A DNA stretch of 64,000 bases, taken from assembly GCF_006345805.1 (NCBI RefSeq), contig NC_043014.1:25792001-25856000 (forward strand). The letters are read 5' to 3'. The DNA comes from Octopus sinensis. Taxonomy: Eukaryota. Position 1 is the first letter of the stretch; each line of letters opens with the position of its first letter. The position numbers and the translations under genes were made by a program. Under the pieces are notes generated by a model, which was not told the origin of the DNA, did not search any database, and saw nothing but the letters and a program-made list of their open reading frames with translations. Positions 12,777 to 25,738 of this stretch are shown in pieces.

Positions 12777-14454
12777 TAGCCTAAGGTGACCCACTCTACG
12801 CGCAGGTAAGAGTGTGGTTATTACTTTCTGTTTCTTATCACCACATTCTCCCTCTTTGTTTCTCTCTCCTTTCTCTCTCACTTTCTCACTCTTGTCACCA
12901 AAGAATGTATATATATTGTCACCAAAGAATGTATATATATGTATTGTAGTACTCTGTGACAACCAATATTCTGTGCGTGTTTGAATATACAGATACAATA
13001 CCAAACTTTTACATGTTACTTTTGACAATCTTTTTCCAAAGAGTGAAACTGGTAAAGTAAATAAACATCTTTTAAAATTGCATTTTCAAGCCATCTTTCG
13101 TATATATATGTATACTAGCTTAAGGTCACCTGCCCTACGCGCGGGTAAGAGTGTGGTTGTTACTTTCTGTTGTTTCCATTCGGCACGTAAAAAGCACCGA
13201 TGGCAGCGCCGCCTTGACTGGCTTCTGTGCCGGTGGCACGTAAAAAGCACCAACTGATTGTGGCTGGTGCCAGCCACCCCCCGGCACCTGTGCTGGTGGC
13301 ACAAAAAAAGCACCCACTACACTCACGGAGTGGTTGGCGTTAGGAAGGGCATCCAGCTGTAGAAACACTGCCAGATCAGACTGGAGACTGGTGAAGCCTC
13401 CTGGCTTCCCAGACCCCAGTCAAACCGTCCAACTCATGTTAGCACGGAAAACAGACGTTAAACGATGATGATGATTCTCCCTCTTTGTTTCTCTCTTACT
13501 CTTCCTTTCTCTCATACTCTCCCTTGCTTTCTCTTACTCTCTATCTTTATCTATCACTTTTAACATAGGTGTGCATATTTTCAGCTCAACCGACCACATA
13601 ATGCATACATTATATGTGTGTGTGTGTGTGTGTGGTGTGTGTGTGTGTGTGTGTGTGCGTGTGTGTGTATGCATTATATATATAAATGTATACAAATTAT
13701 ATATATAATATATATATATATAAATACAGATATATACACTTTATATATATACATTATATATACATATTTATATATAGAACACACACACACACATATAAAT
13801 TAACCCAATAATTATCTGATTCATAATATTTATTCTCATGATTGTGTGGTGCTGGTGGCGATGATAATTCTCTCTATGAATACAGACAGACGTAAAGAGA
13901 GAGAGAGAGTGTGACAGCGCTGATGAAGGCAGCGGGGGAAAGATAGTAGACTATCCCTCGCTTTCTCTTACTCTCTATCTTTCTCTATATCTCTCTCTCC
14001 CATTTATAAACAACAAAAGATCTTGATTAAGTTGAGAAAGAAAAACTTTTTACGCTTTATTCTCATTCACTCATTATTACTTTCTCCCTTCCTTTCACTT
14101 TCTCTCTAAAACGTTATAGAGAGAGAGTGAAGGGAAGGGAGGTAGACGCTGTGAAACGACGTTATAGAGAGAAAGTGAAGGGAAGGGAGGCAGACACTTT
14201 GAAAAGACTTTATAGATAGAAAGTGAAAGGAAGGGAGGAAGGAGAGTGAGAGATGGAGAAAGACAGACACATAAAGGAATGAGAGTAGACTTGTCAAAGT
14301 GTGCATTTTTGGCCCTAGCAACGACACCTTTTAAGATGGGGATTTCTAACCTAGCCCACTGGCATCCTCACCTCATTTTACATGTCCCTTTAAGCCATTG
14401 TCAATGCCAAAACCAGACAAACAAACTTTTTGCATTACAGAATTATAATATAGA
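12776..14454 (-). mobile_element. Non-autonomous Helitron with two 3' termini (CTAG at 12776 and 13115), carrying an RTE-tail insert
   Basis: Minus-strand hairpin cccgcgcgtagggcagg followed by CTAG|T, present twice; probable 5' TCtatattataa at 14454. Confidence 0.65.
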
Positions 14455-15023
14455 TATATATATATATATATATATGCATCAGAATGATGTAAACGCCTTT
14501 CATAAGAACTCAATAGGGCTTGAAATATATGCATCATCATCATCATCATCATTGTTTAGCATCCGCTTTCCAATATATGTATATTGTTGTATTTAGGAAT
14601 GGTCATTTTGCCAGTTTAGCCAATAAAAACACACACACTATATATTTGGTGTTACTTTGCTTCAGCGTTATTTATTTTTTACATTAATCTTAATCTTATT
14701 TCGGCCAGAGTTCTTTCGTCACACTCCTGTGACCGCATCAGTGGTCCTTTGCTTTCTTCTTTCTTATTTGTGTGTCTCTCCTTACTAAACATCAGCCATT
14801 TTGTATTATATAAATGTAACATATATGCAAATATATATATATACATATATATGTATATATATATATACATATATATGTATATATATACATATGTATGTAT
14901 GTGTGTGTATATATATATATATATACATGCATATATACATATTTATATATACATATATATATATATACATTAATATATATACATATATATGCATATATAT
15001 ATGCACATATATATATATGTATT

Positions 15024-15075
<52 letters not shown>

Positions 15076-15076
15076 C

Positions 15077-15108
<32 letters not shown>

Positions 15109-15154
15109 TATAATATATATATATATAATATATATATGTATATGCATATGTATA

Positions 15155-16055
15155 TCATCATCATCGTTTAACATCCGCTTTCTATGCTAGCATGGGTTGG
15201 ACGATTTTCACTGAGGGGTCGTGAACCAGATGGCTGCACCAGGCTCCAATCTTGATCTGGCAGAATTTCTACAGGTGGATGCCTTTCCTAATGCCAACCA
15301 CTCTGAGAGTGTAGTGGATGCTTTTTACGTGCCACCGGCATGAGGGCCAGTCAGGCAGTACTGGCAATGACCTCGTTCAAATCTTTTTACACATGTCACC
15401 GGCACAGGTGCCAGTAAGGCAACGCTGGTAACGATCACGCTCGAATGGTGCCTCTTTACATGCTAGTTAGCCGCTCTGGCAATGATCACGCTCGGATGGT
15501 GCTCTTGGCACCCTACTAGCACGGGCACAAGTGCCAGTAAGGTGACGCTGGTAACGATCACACATGTATGGTGCCTTTTATGTGCCACTGGCACGGAAGC
15601 CAGTTAGTCGCTCTGTCAACGATCACACTCATATGGTGCTCTTTGCACCCCGCTAGCACGGATGCCAGTCATCGAATTTGATTTTGATTTCAGTTGCCTC
15701 AACAGGTCTTCGCAAGCAGAGTATAGTGTCTAAAGAAGGAAAAGGTATGCATAAGTGGGCTGGTTATGCTCCTGGCATAGGCCATGAGGTTATGGTCTCA
15801 TTTGGCTTGCTGGGTCTTCTCAAGCACAGCATATTTCCAAAAGTCTCGGTCACTACTCATTTCCTTGGTGAGGCCTAAAGTTCGAAGGTCGTGCTTCACC
15901 ACTTCATCCCAGGTCTTCCTGGATCTACCTTTTCCACAGGTTCCCTCAACCGCTAGGGTGTGGCACTTTTTCACACATCTATCATCATCCATTCTTGCTA
16001 CAGGACCATACCAGCACTGTCGTCTTTCTTGCATACCACATCTGATGCTTCTTAG
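15155..16055 (-). mobile_element. RTE LINE 3' end (ORF C-terminus + repetitive 3' UTR + (ATG)n)
   Basis: ORF 15798-16034 has WYGPVARM..GKGRSRKTWDEVVKHDL, a typical RTE C-terminus. Confidence 0.85.
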
Positions 16056-16230
16056 GTATAATGTATGTACATTTATATATATAATGTATGTATATATGTA
16101 TTTGTGAATACATATAAATTTGACATGGGCAATTCTTTCTTGTCTAGGGATTCACGGTCAAATGGCTGGGCGGAATTGAGCAAAAAATTACGCAAATGTG
16201 CTGAATGATCCAGTGGTGATGCTGAGCTTT

Positions 16231-16515
16231 TTACTTTTTTCATAGCTCCCATGGTTACTGAGATAATCTACAGTAATAATACTCTTGTGTTTATAAATGT
16301 GAAAGGAAGGGGTGATAGATGAAAAAGGAAGGAAGGGGTGGTGTCATATTTTTCATAGCTCCCATGGTTACCGAAATAATCTACTATAATAATACTCTCA
16401 TATTTATGAATGAGAATGGAAGGGGTGATAGATGAAAAAGGAAGGAAGGGGTGATGTCATATATTTTTCATAGGTCCCATGGTTATCAAGATAATCTACT
16501 ATAATAATACTCTTG
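16231..16515. repeat. ~115-bp tandem repeat, about 2.5 copies
   Basis: tttcatag(c/g)tcccatggtta..ataatctac..taataatactc recurs at ~16240, ~16352 and ~16467. Confidence 0.7.
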
Positions 16516-16858
16516 GTGGTGGGATTATGAAAATTGTACTCTGAAAAAAATTACATACTCTACATGTTTATGTATGTAAAAGTGGGGTATGTGAATGTGT
16601 GTGTGTGTGCATGCGCAATGGAAATGGGATGGTTCATCTTTGTTCACTTAGTATTTGTGCTTATGTTTTAATTTGGTTGAATTTTGGTGGGTTTTTTTTA
16701 TGTTGGTCAGTTATTTTTAGCATTTTCAGAGAAAAAAGTCATTCTAAAATTGTTTTTTAACATAAGCATGCCCAAACAAGTTGAATGCTTACACAGGTTT
16801 TTAATATATGATATGTATATATATTTTATATATATATATATTATATATACACATATAT

Positions 16859-16908
<50 letters not shown>

Positions 16909-16950
16909 AATAAAAAATGGAGTCAACGCAGGTTTAAACAAGTATTTTTT

Positions 16951-17035
16951 CTTTCTACATATGTTTCAAAAATTCCACTGATACTTATTCAAAAGAATAA
17001 AAGGTATAAACAATGCAATCTTCTCTTCGGGAAAG
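16951..17035 (-). ncRNA. Hammerhead motif with long stem II and CCGAAGA core
   Basis: ctttc CCGAAGA gaagatt..aattttt GAA AC-ATAT-GT A gaaag; truncated homolog at 1745-1816. Confidence 0.6.
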
Positions 17036-17955
17036 TGAAAAAACGAAACTTGTCAATACGACATTTTAGCAAAAAATGATGGATTTGTATAGCGATAGAC
17101 AGAACGCTATTAATATTGTTTAAAAAAACGTTATATGATATAACGTCATAAGTAGCTAACAGAAAGAGTAGGGATATTAATAGTGAATGTTAAATATAAA
17201 GGAAATTAAAGTCTGAACTATATATAATGATAGAGACTACTTATATGCACTAAAAGTATGTTTTTGCCAATGCTTACATCTGTATGCTCGTTCTATAACC
17301 GTGTTTACTAGAGTATTTTTAGAAAAAATAATGAAAAATAGCTCAGAATTGCAGAGAAGACAGAATTTCTTGCCTTTGTCATATGGTATCGAAATTGAGA
17401 GGATCAACCATTCCAAATGAAATTGTTCATTGTGGTCTTTTAAATTCCAAATCAGTTTGCTGAGACGGATAAATGAATGAAAACGCTATTTGAAAACGCT
17501 ATGAAAAAATACCGTTAAATAAAGGGAAATTACTGTGTTATAACTCTGCTTGCTTGCGTACTTATACATCTCTCGCATTTTTCGTCATAAAAATTATATA
17601 AAAATACATAAAAAATATATAAAAATATATAAATTCTTCTTGGGACATAACATAGAAAGCATGTTCTATCTGTTTTCTTTAGGGGACCAAAAACGTAACA
17701 GAAATTTTGTCACATGTGGGCATGATCCGAAAAGCTCTGTCCTTGTATTTAGACATGTAGTAGGGTCTAAGCTGCTTTTCCAGATAAGCCATCTCTCCAT
17801 GTCGCATAGACCGCACCTTCCACTGCCGTTGGTATAGGGCTTACATCTGGCCAAAATCTTCCATTGTATGTTATAATCGACACCTTTATCTCTTAAAGAC
17901 CAAATATGATTAGATAATTGTGTCGCTTTTCTTTTGTTCCAGTGCCTAAAGCTAT

Positions 17956-18564
17956 TTCCTAGCACTGATAGATAGACATTTTCCAGTTAACCATACTTAT
18001 AGGAAACACTTCAATAGACACAATTTAAAAATTAGTTTTAGTTCAACTACCAATTTTAAAAACATAATCAAACATAACATACAAAAAACACAACAAGAAA
18101 ACAGCTGTTCATGCAGGAATAAAGAATTGTGCCCGCTAAATGGAGCTTGCATGTCCAAGACCATCATATATGAAGCTACCGTAAACTCTATAACCACTAA
18201 AGACACCGTTTCGATGAAGAAATACGTGGGCCTTACGGAGGGTAATTTCAAGGCCAGGTTCAATAACCACACTTTGAGCTTTAGGCACTGGAACAAAAGA
18301 AAAGCGACACAATTATCTAATCATATTTGGTCTTTAAGAGATAAAGGTGTCGATTATAACATACAATGGAAGATTTTGGCCAGATGTAAGCCCTATACCA
18401 ACGGCAGCGGAAGGTGCGGTCTATGCGACATGGAGAGATGGCTTATCTGGAAAAGCAGCTTAGACCCTACTACATGTCAAAATACAAGGACAGAGCTTTT
18501 CGGATCATGCCCACATGTGACAAAATTTCTGTTACGTTTTTGGTCCCCTAAAGAAAACAGATAG
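17956..18564 (+). CDS. Penelope-like GIY-YIG endonuclease domain (5'-truncated ORF)
   Basis: FLALIDRHFP..CSCRNKELCPLNGAC..IIYEATV..KKYVGLTEGNFKARFNNH..CGLCDME..NTRTELFGSCPH. Confidence 0.9.
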   Translation, partial: FLALIDRHFPVNHTYRKHFNRHNLKISFSSTTNFKNIIKHNIQKTQQENSCSCRNKELCPLNGACMSKTIIYEATVNSITTKDTVSMKKYVGLTEGNFKARFNNHTLSFRHWNKRKATQLSNHIWSLRDKGVDYNIQWKILARCKPYTNGSGRCGLCDMERWLIWKSSLDPTTCQNTRTELFGSCPHVTKFLLRFWSPKENR

Positions 18565-19060
18565 AACATGCTTTCTATGTTATGTCCCAAGAAGAATTTA
18601 TATATTTTTATATATTTTTATATATTTTTTATGTATTCTTATATAATTTTTATGACGAAAAATGCGAGTAATGTATAAGTACGCAGGCAAGCAGAGTTAT
18701 AACACAGTAATTTCCCTTTATTTAACGGTATTTTTTCATAGCGTTTTCAAATAGCCACTTCGGCATCTGAAACTCAGAGTTTTATCTTGATTACCGAGTA
18801 ATGTAACATATTATTGTATAGATAAATTTCCTCTATTTACATAATATTGAGGTCTCTTTCTTTCTTTTGTTAACTTACCGTTTTATCAATATATATATAT
18901 TGAATGAATGAGACCTCGATATTATATAAATAGAAGAATTTATCTGTACAGCTATACACACACACACACATATATATATATATCACATATGTGTATATAT
19001 ATATTATATATATGTATATATATAAATATATATATGGATATATATATATATATATATATG

Positions 19061-22000
19061 ACATTATATAAAAGGGCTTAGTAAAATAAATTACTTTGCC
19101 GCATACTGAACTCATTAGAAATAGCAGCTAAAAAACTTTTTTAAAGCTATTTCTAATACTTAAAGAAAATCTCTCTCATATATAGTGTTTGCTTAATTCA
19201 ACTCACAAAAGTTTGGGGGTAAGGACATCGAAAAATCAAATGCTAAGGTTATTTGAGAACGTACGTTTCAAGATTAGTCAAAACAACACTTCTATCATCA
19301 GCTCAGAAATTCCTTGGTTTGGATTTGGAAACACTGAAAATAAGAACATACCTTTCGAAGATCTGCTCGTAACTAACAGTGCCAACAAATTCAAATAAGC
19401 AAGCGAAGAATCTCTGTTCTCCCCTTTCCACCAGCGTGGGTTAAAATCATCAAACACTATGCTTATTTCGGTAAAATCCGAAGCATTAATCAGAGGGAGA
19501 TTAATTATAATTTCAACAATTGATGAGGGCAAAATTAATTAATTATTAATCAATTTCACCAAGTGTTCAGTATGCAAAGGGACCATTCAAGGCGAATTCA
19601 AATTATTACATTATATAAAAGGGCTTAGTAAAATAAATTACTTTGCCGCATACTGAACTCATTAGAAATAGCAGCTAAAAAACTTTTTTAAAGCTATTTC
19701 TAATACTTAAAGAAAATCTCTCTCATATATAGTGTTGCTTAATTCAACTCACAAAAGTTTGGGGGTAAGGACATCGAAAAATCAAATGCTAAGGTTATTT
19801 GAGAACGTACGTTTCAAGATTAGTCAAAACAACACTTCTATCATCAGCTCAGAAATTCCTTGGTTTGGATTTGGAAACACTGAAAATAAGAACATACCCT
19901 TTCGAAGATCTGCTCGTAACTAACAGTGCCAACAAATTCAAATAAGCAAGCGAAGAATCTCTGTTCTCCCCTTTCCACCAGCGTGGGTTAAAATCATCAA
20001 ACACTATGCTTATTTCGGTAAAATCCGAAGCATTAATCAGAGGGAGATTAATTATAATTTCAACAATTGAGGGCAAAATTAATTAATTATTAATCAATTT
20101 CACCAAGTGTTCAGTATGCAAAGGGACCATTCAAGGCGAATTCAAATTATTACATTATATAAAAGGGCTTAGTAAAATAAATTACTTTGCCGCATACTGA
20201 ACTCATTAGAAATAGCAGCTAAAAAACTTTTTTAAAGCTATTTCTAATACTTAAAGAAAATCTCTCTCATATATAGTGTTTGCTTAATTCAACTCACAAA
20301 AGTTTGGGGGTAAGGACATCGAAAAATCAAATGCTAAGGTTATTTGAGAACGTACGTTTCAAGATTAGTCAAAACAACACTTCTATCATCAGCTCAGAAA
20401 TTCCTTGGTTTGGATTTAGAAACACTGAAAATAAGAACATACCCTTTCAAAGATCTGCTCGTAACTAACAGTGCCAACAAATTCAAATAAGCAAGCGAAG
20501 AATCTCTGTTCTCCCCTTTCCACCAGCGTGGTTTAAAATCATCAAACACTGCTTATTTCGGTAAAATCCGAAGCATTAATCAGAGGGAGATTAATTATAA
20601 TTTCAACAATTGAGGGCAAAATTAATTAATTATTAATCAATTTCACCAAGTGTTCAGTATGCAAAGGGACCATTCAAGGCGAATTCAATTATTACATTAT
20701 ATAAAAGGGCTTAGTAAAATAAATTACTTTGCCGCATACTGAACTCATTAGAAATAGCAGCTAAAAAACTTTTTTAAAGCTATTTCTAATACTTAAAGAA
20801 AATCTCTCTCATATATAGTGTTTGCTTAATTCAACTCACAAAAGTTTGGGGGTAAGGACATCGAAAAATCAAATGCTAAGGTTATTTGAGAACGTACGTT
20901 TCAAGATTAGTCAAAACAACACTTCTATCATCAGCTCAGAAATTCCTTGGTTTCGATTTGGAAACACTGAAAATAAGAACATACCCTTTCGAAGATCTGC
21001 TCATAACTAACAGTGCCAACAAATTCAAATAAGCAAGCAAAGAATCTCTGTTCTCCCCTTTCCACCAGCGTGGGTTAAAATCATCAAACACTATGCTTAT
21101 TTCGGTAAAATCCGAAGCATTAATCAGAGGGAGATTAATTATAATTTCAACAATTGAGGGCAAAATTAATTAATTATTATCAATTTCACCAAGTGTTCAG
21201 TATGCAAAGGGACCATTCAAGGCGAATTCAAATTATTACATTATATAAAAGGGCTTAGTAAAATAAATTACTTTGCCGCATACTGAACTCATTAGAAATA
21301 GCAGCTAAAAAACTTTTTTAAAGCTATTTCTAATACTTAAAGAAAATCTCTCTCTATATAGTGTTTGCTTAATTCAACTCACAAAAGTTTGGGGGTAGGA
21401 CATCGAAAAATCAAATGCTAAGGTTATTTGAGAACGTACGTTTCAAGATTAGTCAAAACAACACTTCTATCATCAGCTCAGAAATTCCTTGGTTTGGATT
21501 TGGAAACACTGAAAATAAGAACATACCCTTTCGAAGATCTGCTCGTAACTAACAGTGCCAACAAATTCAAATAAGCAAGCGAAGAATCTCTGTTCTCCCC
21601 TTTCCACCAGCGTGGGTTAAAATCATCAAACACTATGCTTATTTCGGTAAAATCCGAAGCATTAATCAGAGGGAGATTAATTATAATTTCAACAATTGAG
21701 GGCAAAATTAATTAATTATTAATCAATTTCACCAAGTGTTCAGTATGCAAAGGGACCATTCAAGGCGAATTCAAATTATTACATTATATAAAAGGGCTTA
21801 GTAAAATAAATTACTTTGCCGCATACTGAACTCATTAGAAATAGCAGCTAAAAAACTTTTTTAAAGCTATTTCTAATACTTAAAGAAAATCTCTCTCTAT
21901 ATAGTGTTTGCTTAATTCAACTCACAAAAGTTTGGGGTAAGGACATCGAAAAATCAAATGCTAAGGTTATTTGAGAACGTACGTTTCAAGATTAGTCAAA

Positions 22001-22133
22001 ACAACACTTCTATCATCAGCTCAGAAATTCCTTGGTTTGGATTTGGAAACACTGAAAATAAGAACATACCCTTTCGAAGATCTGCTCGTAACTAACAGTG
22101 CCAACAAATTCAAATAAGCAAGCGAGGAATCTC
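19061..22133 (-). repeat. ~544-bp tandem array (5.6 copies), one hammerhead motif per unit; retrozyme/pLTR-like
   Basis: Units start at 19061, 19608, 20152, 20694, 21238 and 21781. They are nearly identical and have no credible ORF. Confidence 0.95.
19254..19305 (-). ncRNA. Minimal type-I hammerhead motif (identical copies at 19800-19851, 20345-20396, 20887-20938, 21429-21480, 21972-22023)
   Basis: tgag CTGATGA t-aga-agt..act-aa-tct-t GAA AC-GTAC-GT T ctca. Confidence 0.7.
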
Positions 22134-22377
22134 TATCTTGGCTACCGAATAATTGTCACATATTACATTTACAGATATATATATATATATAATATATATG
22201 TATATATAATATATATGTATATAATGTCTTATATATATAATAAATATATATAAGACATACATATATATATAATATAATAGATATATATATATATATTAGA
22301 TACATATACATATAATATATAATATTGTGATATATATATGTATATATATAGATGTATATATATGATATATATATGTG

Positions 22378-22430
<53 letters not shown>

Positions 22431-22494
22431 ATAATATAGACATATATAAATATGTAATATATAGATATATAAATATAATTATATATGGAAATTG

Positions 22495-22830
22495 CAGATG
22501 TCTTACCAGTGCCGGTGGCATGTAAGAGAACCTTCCGTTTCGCGACCGTTGCCAGCGCCGCCCTGACTGGCCTCGTGCCGGTGGCACGTAAAAAGCACCA
22601 TCCGTTCGTGGCCGTTTGCCAGCTCTGTCTGGCACCTGTGCGGGTGGCACGTAAAAAGCACCCACTACACTCACGGAGTGGTTGGCGTTAGGAAGGGCAT
22701 CCAGCCGTAGAAACACTGCCAGATTTGACCGGGCCTGATGAAGCCTTCTGGCTTCACAGACCCCAGTAGAACCGTCCAACCCATGCTAGCATGGAAAACG
22801 GACGCTAAACGATGATGATGATGATGATGA
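22495..22830 (+). mobile_element. RTE 3' UTR/tail fragment
   Basis: ggcacgtaaaaagcacc repeats, gagtggttggcgttaggaagggcatccagc, (GAT)n tail. Confidence 0.8.
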
Positions 22831-22949
22831 TATATATATATATATATATATGTATACACACATTATATTTAGGTATATATATGTATATAATATATATATA
22901 TATTTATATTATATATATATAAATATATATATATATGAAATTTATATTA

Positions 22950-23980
22950 ATGTCTGTTTTCCATGTGGGCGAGGGTTGGATGGTTTGACTGAGGTCTGGA
23001 GAGTAAATTTCTACAGCTAGTTGCACTTCCTAATGCCAACTACTCTGAGAATGTAGTGGGCATTCTTTACGTTCCGCTGACACAGTAGCCAGTAAGGCAG
23101 GCCTGGCAACGATCACATTGGGATTTCTCTTTTTATGTGCCACCGGCACAGGATCCAGTGCAGCAGTCCTGGCATCAGTCACAGGTGGTTGGTGCTTTTT
23201 ATGTGCCACAGGCACTGGAGCCTGTAAGGTATGCCTGGCAACGAACATGTTCAAATGTTGCTTTTAAAGTGCCACTGGCATAGGAGCCAGTCAGCGAGGT
23301 ACTAACATCGGTCACGATCAGTTGATGTCTTTTACATGCCACGAGCACAGTAGCCAGTCTTGGCAGACATGTCTCCGTCCACATTTGGATGGTACCTTTG
23401 ATGTGCCAGAAGGCACCAACCCCAACTATGATACTGGTTTTATTTGACTCAACAGGTCTTCTCATGCATATCACATAGCTGTCTTCATTCATATGTAACA
23501 CATGGCCATACCAGTACAGGCATCTCTCTTGCACATCACATTTGATGCCACTCATGCCCAACTTTTCTTCTAGGGCTCTTACACTCTGTCGTGTATGTAC
23601 ACTAACATTACACATCCAGCAGATCATACTAGCTTCATTTCTTTCAAGCCTACACAAATCGTCATCAGGCACGGCCCATGTTTCACTGCTGTGGAGCATG
23701 GCATCGTACAATCTACCTTTCTCTCTGAGCGAGATGCCCTTTTGTCATCAGTAGGGGTAGAAGCTATTCTTATTCTAGTTGTAATACTCTTTGAGCAGCC
23801 ATTCCCACAACTGTCTTGTCTCCTACATAGTGGAAGCTATCAACTAATTCTAGTTTCTCACCCTAGCATGTGATGGAATTTGTTTTTTGAGAATCTGTGG
23901 TGTTTATTGCCCCTGTGCATCTGCCATACACGAAAGTTATCTTCCTGGTTAATATTGTTGCTGCACCCCTTATGTGTCCA
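22950..23980 (-). mobile_element. RTE LINE 3' fragment
   Basis: MLHSSETWA..RLERNEASMICWMCNV..WYGHVLHM followed by 3' UTR. Confidence 0.8.
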
Positions 23981-24018
23981 TAGCTTATACATTTATACAT
24001 TTATACATATACATATAT

Positions 24019-24084
<66 letters not shown>

Positions 24085-24218
24085 TACATATGTGTATATA
24101 TATATACTTTATTTAAAAGCAGCAGAAATATAACAAAAGTTGTTACTCAGAGTTTCACGCTCCCGTTCAGCATTTTTTTTTTAACAAAACTGTCTGACGA
24201 ACGGGAAAGTAAAACTCT

Positions 24219-25640
24219 GATTCTTTCTCACGACAGTAGACTCACCATGGCAAGCATTCAAAACTTCTTCATCATGGACGGCAACACATTGACGATTAAA
24301 AGGCTGGCACAAATTTTTTAGCTTGATGTAACAGAGAATTCCTAAACTCTCTCTCTCTCTACGTCTGTCTGCATTCATAGAGAGAATTATCATCGCCACA
24401 ACAACCACCACACAATCATGAGACCAAATATTATGAATCAGATATTATTGGGTTAATTTATATGTGTGTGTGTGTGTGTTCTATATATAAATATGTATAT
24501 ATAATGTATATATACAAAATGTACATATCTGTATTTATATATATATATATAATTTGTATACATTTGTATATATAATGCGTACACACACGCACACACACAC
24601 ATATATATAATGTGTGCATTATGTGGTCGGTTGTGCTGAAAGTATGCACACCTATGTTAAAAGTGCTGGCGTGTTTGCATGACAACTATTTTTTTCCTCA
24701 AATGGAAAGCGTGACCTCTAGGACAAAATTCATCATCTTATAAAATGTGGCCCGAGTAGACCCGAGTGAAATCGGGTTATATTAACCAAAATGTGAAAAG
24801 GGGTCTAAATGGGGCTGGAAGGCGATTAAAATTTACAGGAGCGGGTGTTTAGCAATTCTTTGTTACATCAAGCTAAAAAATTTGCGTCAGTGTTTTAATC
24901 GTCAGCGTGTTGCCGTCCATGATGAAGTTTTGAATGCTTGCCATGGCGAGTCTACTGTCATGAGAAAGAATCACTTCAAAACTTGGTGTTTAGGAATTTT
25001 CTTTTACATCAAGTTCAAAATTTGACGCCAGCCATTAAACTGCCACTACATTGCCGTCCGTCGTTAAGAAATGCCAGCCATGGTGACTCTACTATCCTCA
25101 GATTCTATCCCTTCAAACTTTGGTTTCCAATATTTTATTATTTTTATTCAGCTCGCAAGTTTGTCTGTCCCTTTTAAATGTTAGTGTTTTGCTGTCTGCC
25201 TTGAAGCAGACCTTTCCGTTGTCACTGCCTGATATTTATGATTGATCTTTCAAAATATTTTATTTCTCAACTTAAGATTTTTTGCTGTTTATAAATGGGA
25301 GAGAGATAGATAAAGATAGAGAGTAAGAGAAAGCGAGGGAGAGTCCGAGAGAAAGGAAGAGTAAGAGAGTGGGAAAGTGAGAGAGAAAAGAAAGAGAAAC
25401 AAAGAGGGAGAATCATCATCATCGTTTAACGTCCGTTTTCCGTGCTAGCATGTGTTGGACGGTTTGATCGGGATCTGGGAAGCTAGGATGCTGCACCAGG
25501 CTCCAGTCTGATCTGGCAGTGTTTCTACAGCTGGATGCCCTTCCTAACGCCAACCACTCCGTGAGTGTAGTGGGTGCTTTTTTTGTGCCACTGGCACAGG
25601 TGCCAGGGGGGGCTGGCAGTGGACACAATCGGTTGGTGCT
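24219..25640. mobile_element. Rearranged inverted homolog of the 13.1-14.0 kb Helitron interior, with internal inverted repeat 24219-24340 / 24853-24972
   Basis: 24340-24665 matches the reverse complement of 13560-13910; 25260-25640 matches the reverse complement of 13255-13530 and 13955-14040. Confidence 0.7.
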
Positions 25641-25738
25641 TTAGTATATATACATAATAAAATATATATGTATAATACAATATATATATAATGCATATAT
25701 ATGTATATCATATACATATAGATATATATATATACATA

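Larger units (their letters stand above)
16910..18755. mobile_element. Penelope-like element 3' end as an inverted duplication (arms ~17485-17953 - and ~18277-18755 +)
   Basis: GIY-YIG ORF on + with an inverted partial copy on -. The left arm extends through the 3' UTR to a hammerhead motif. Confidence 0.9.

Noticed and set aside
19189-21705. Repeated 60-85 aa ORFs in the 544-bp array
   Set aside because: Non-ATG or weak starts, broken by indels between units, no motifs.
19061-22133. CRISPR-like interpretation of the array
   Set aside because: Whole units are repeated with no unique spacers or cas genes; eukaryotic context.
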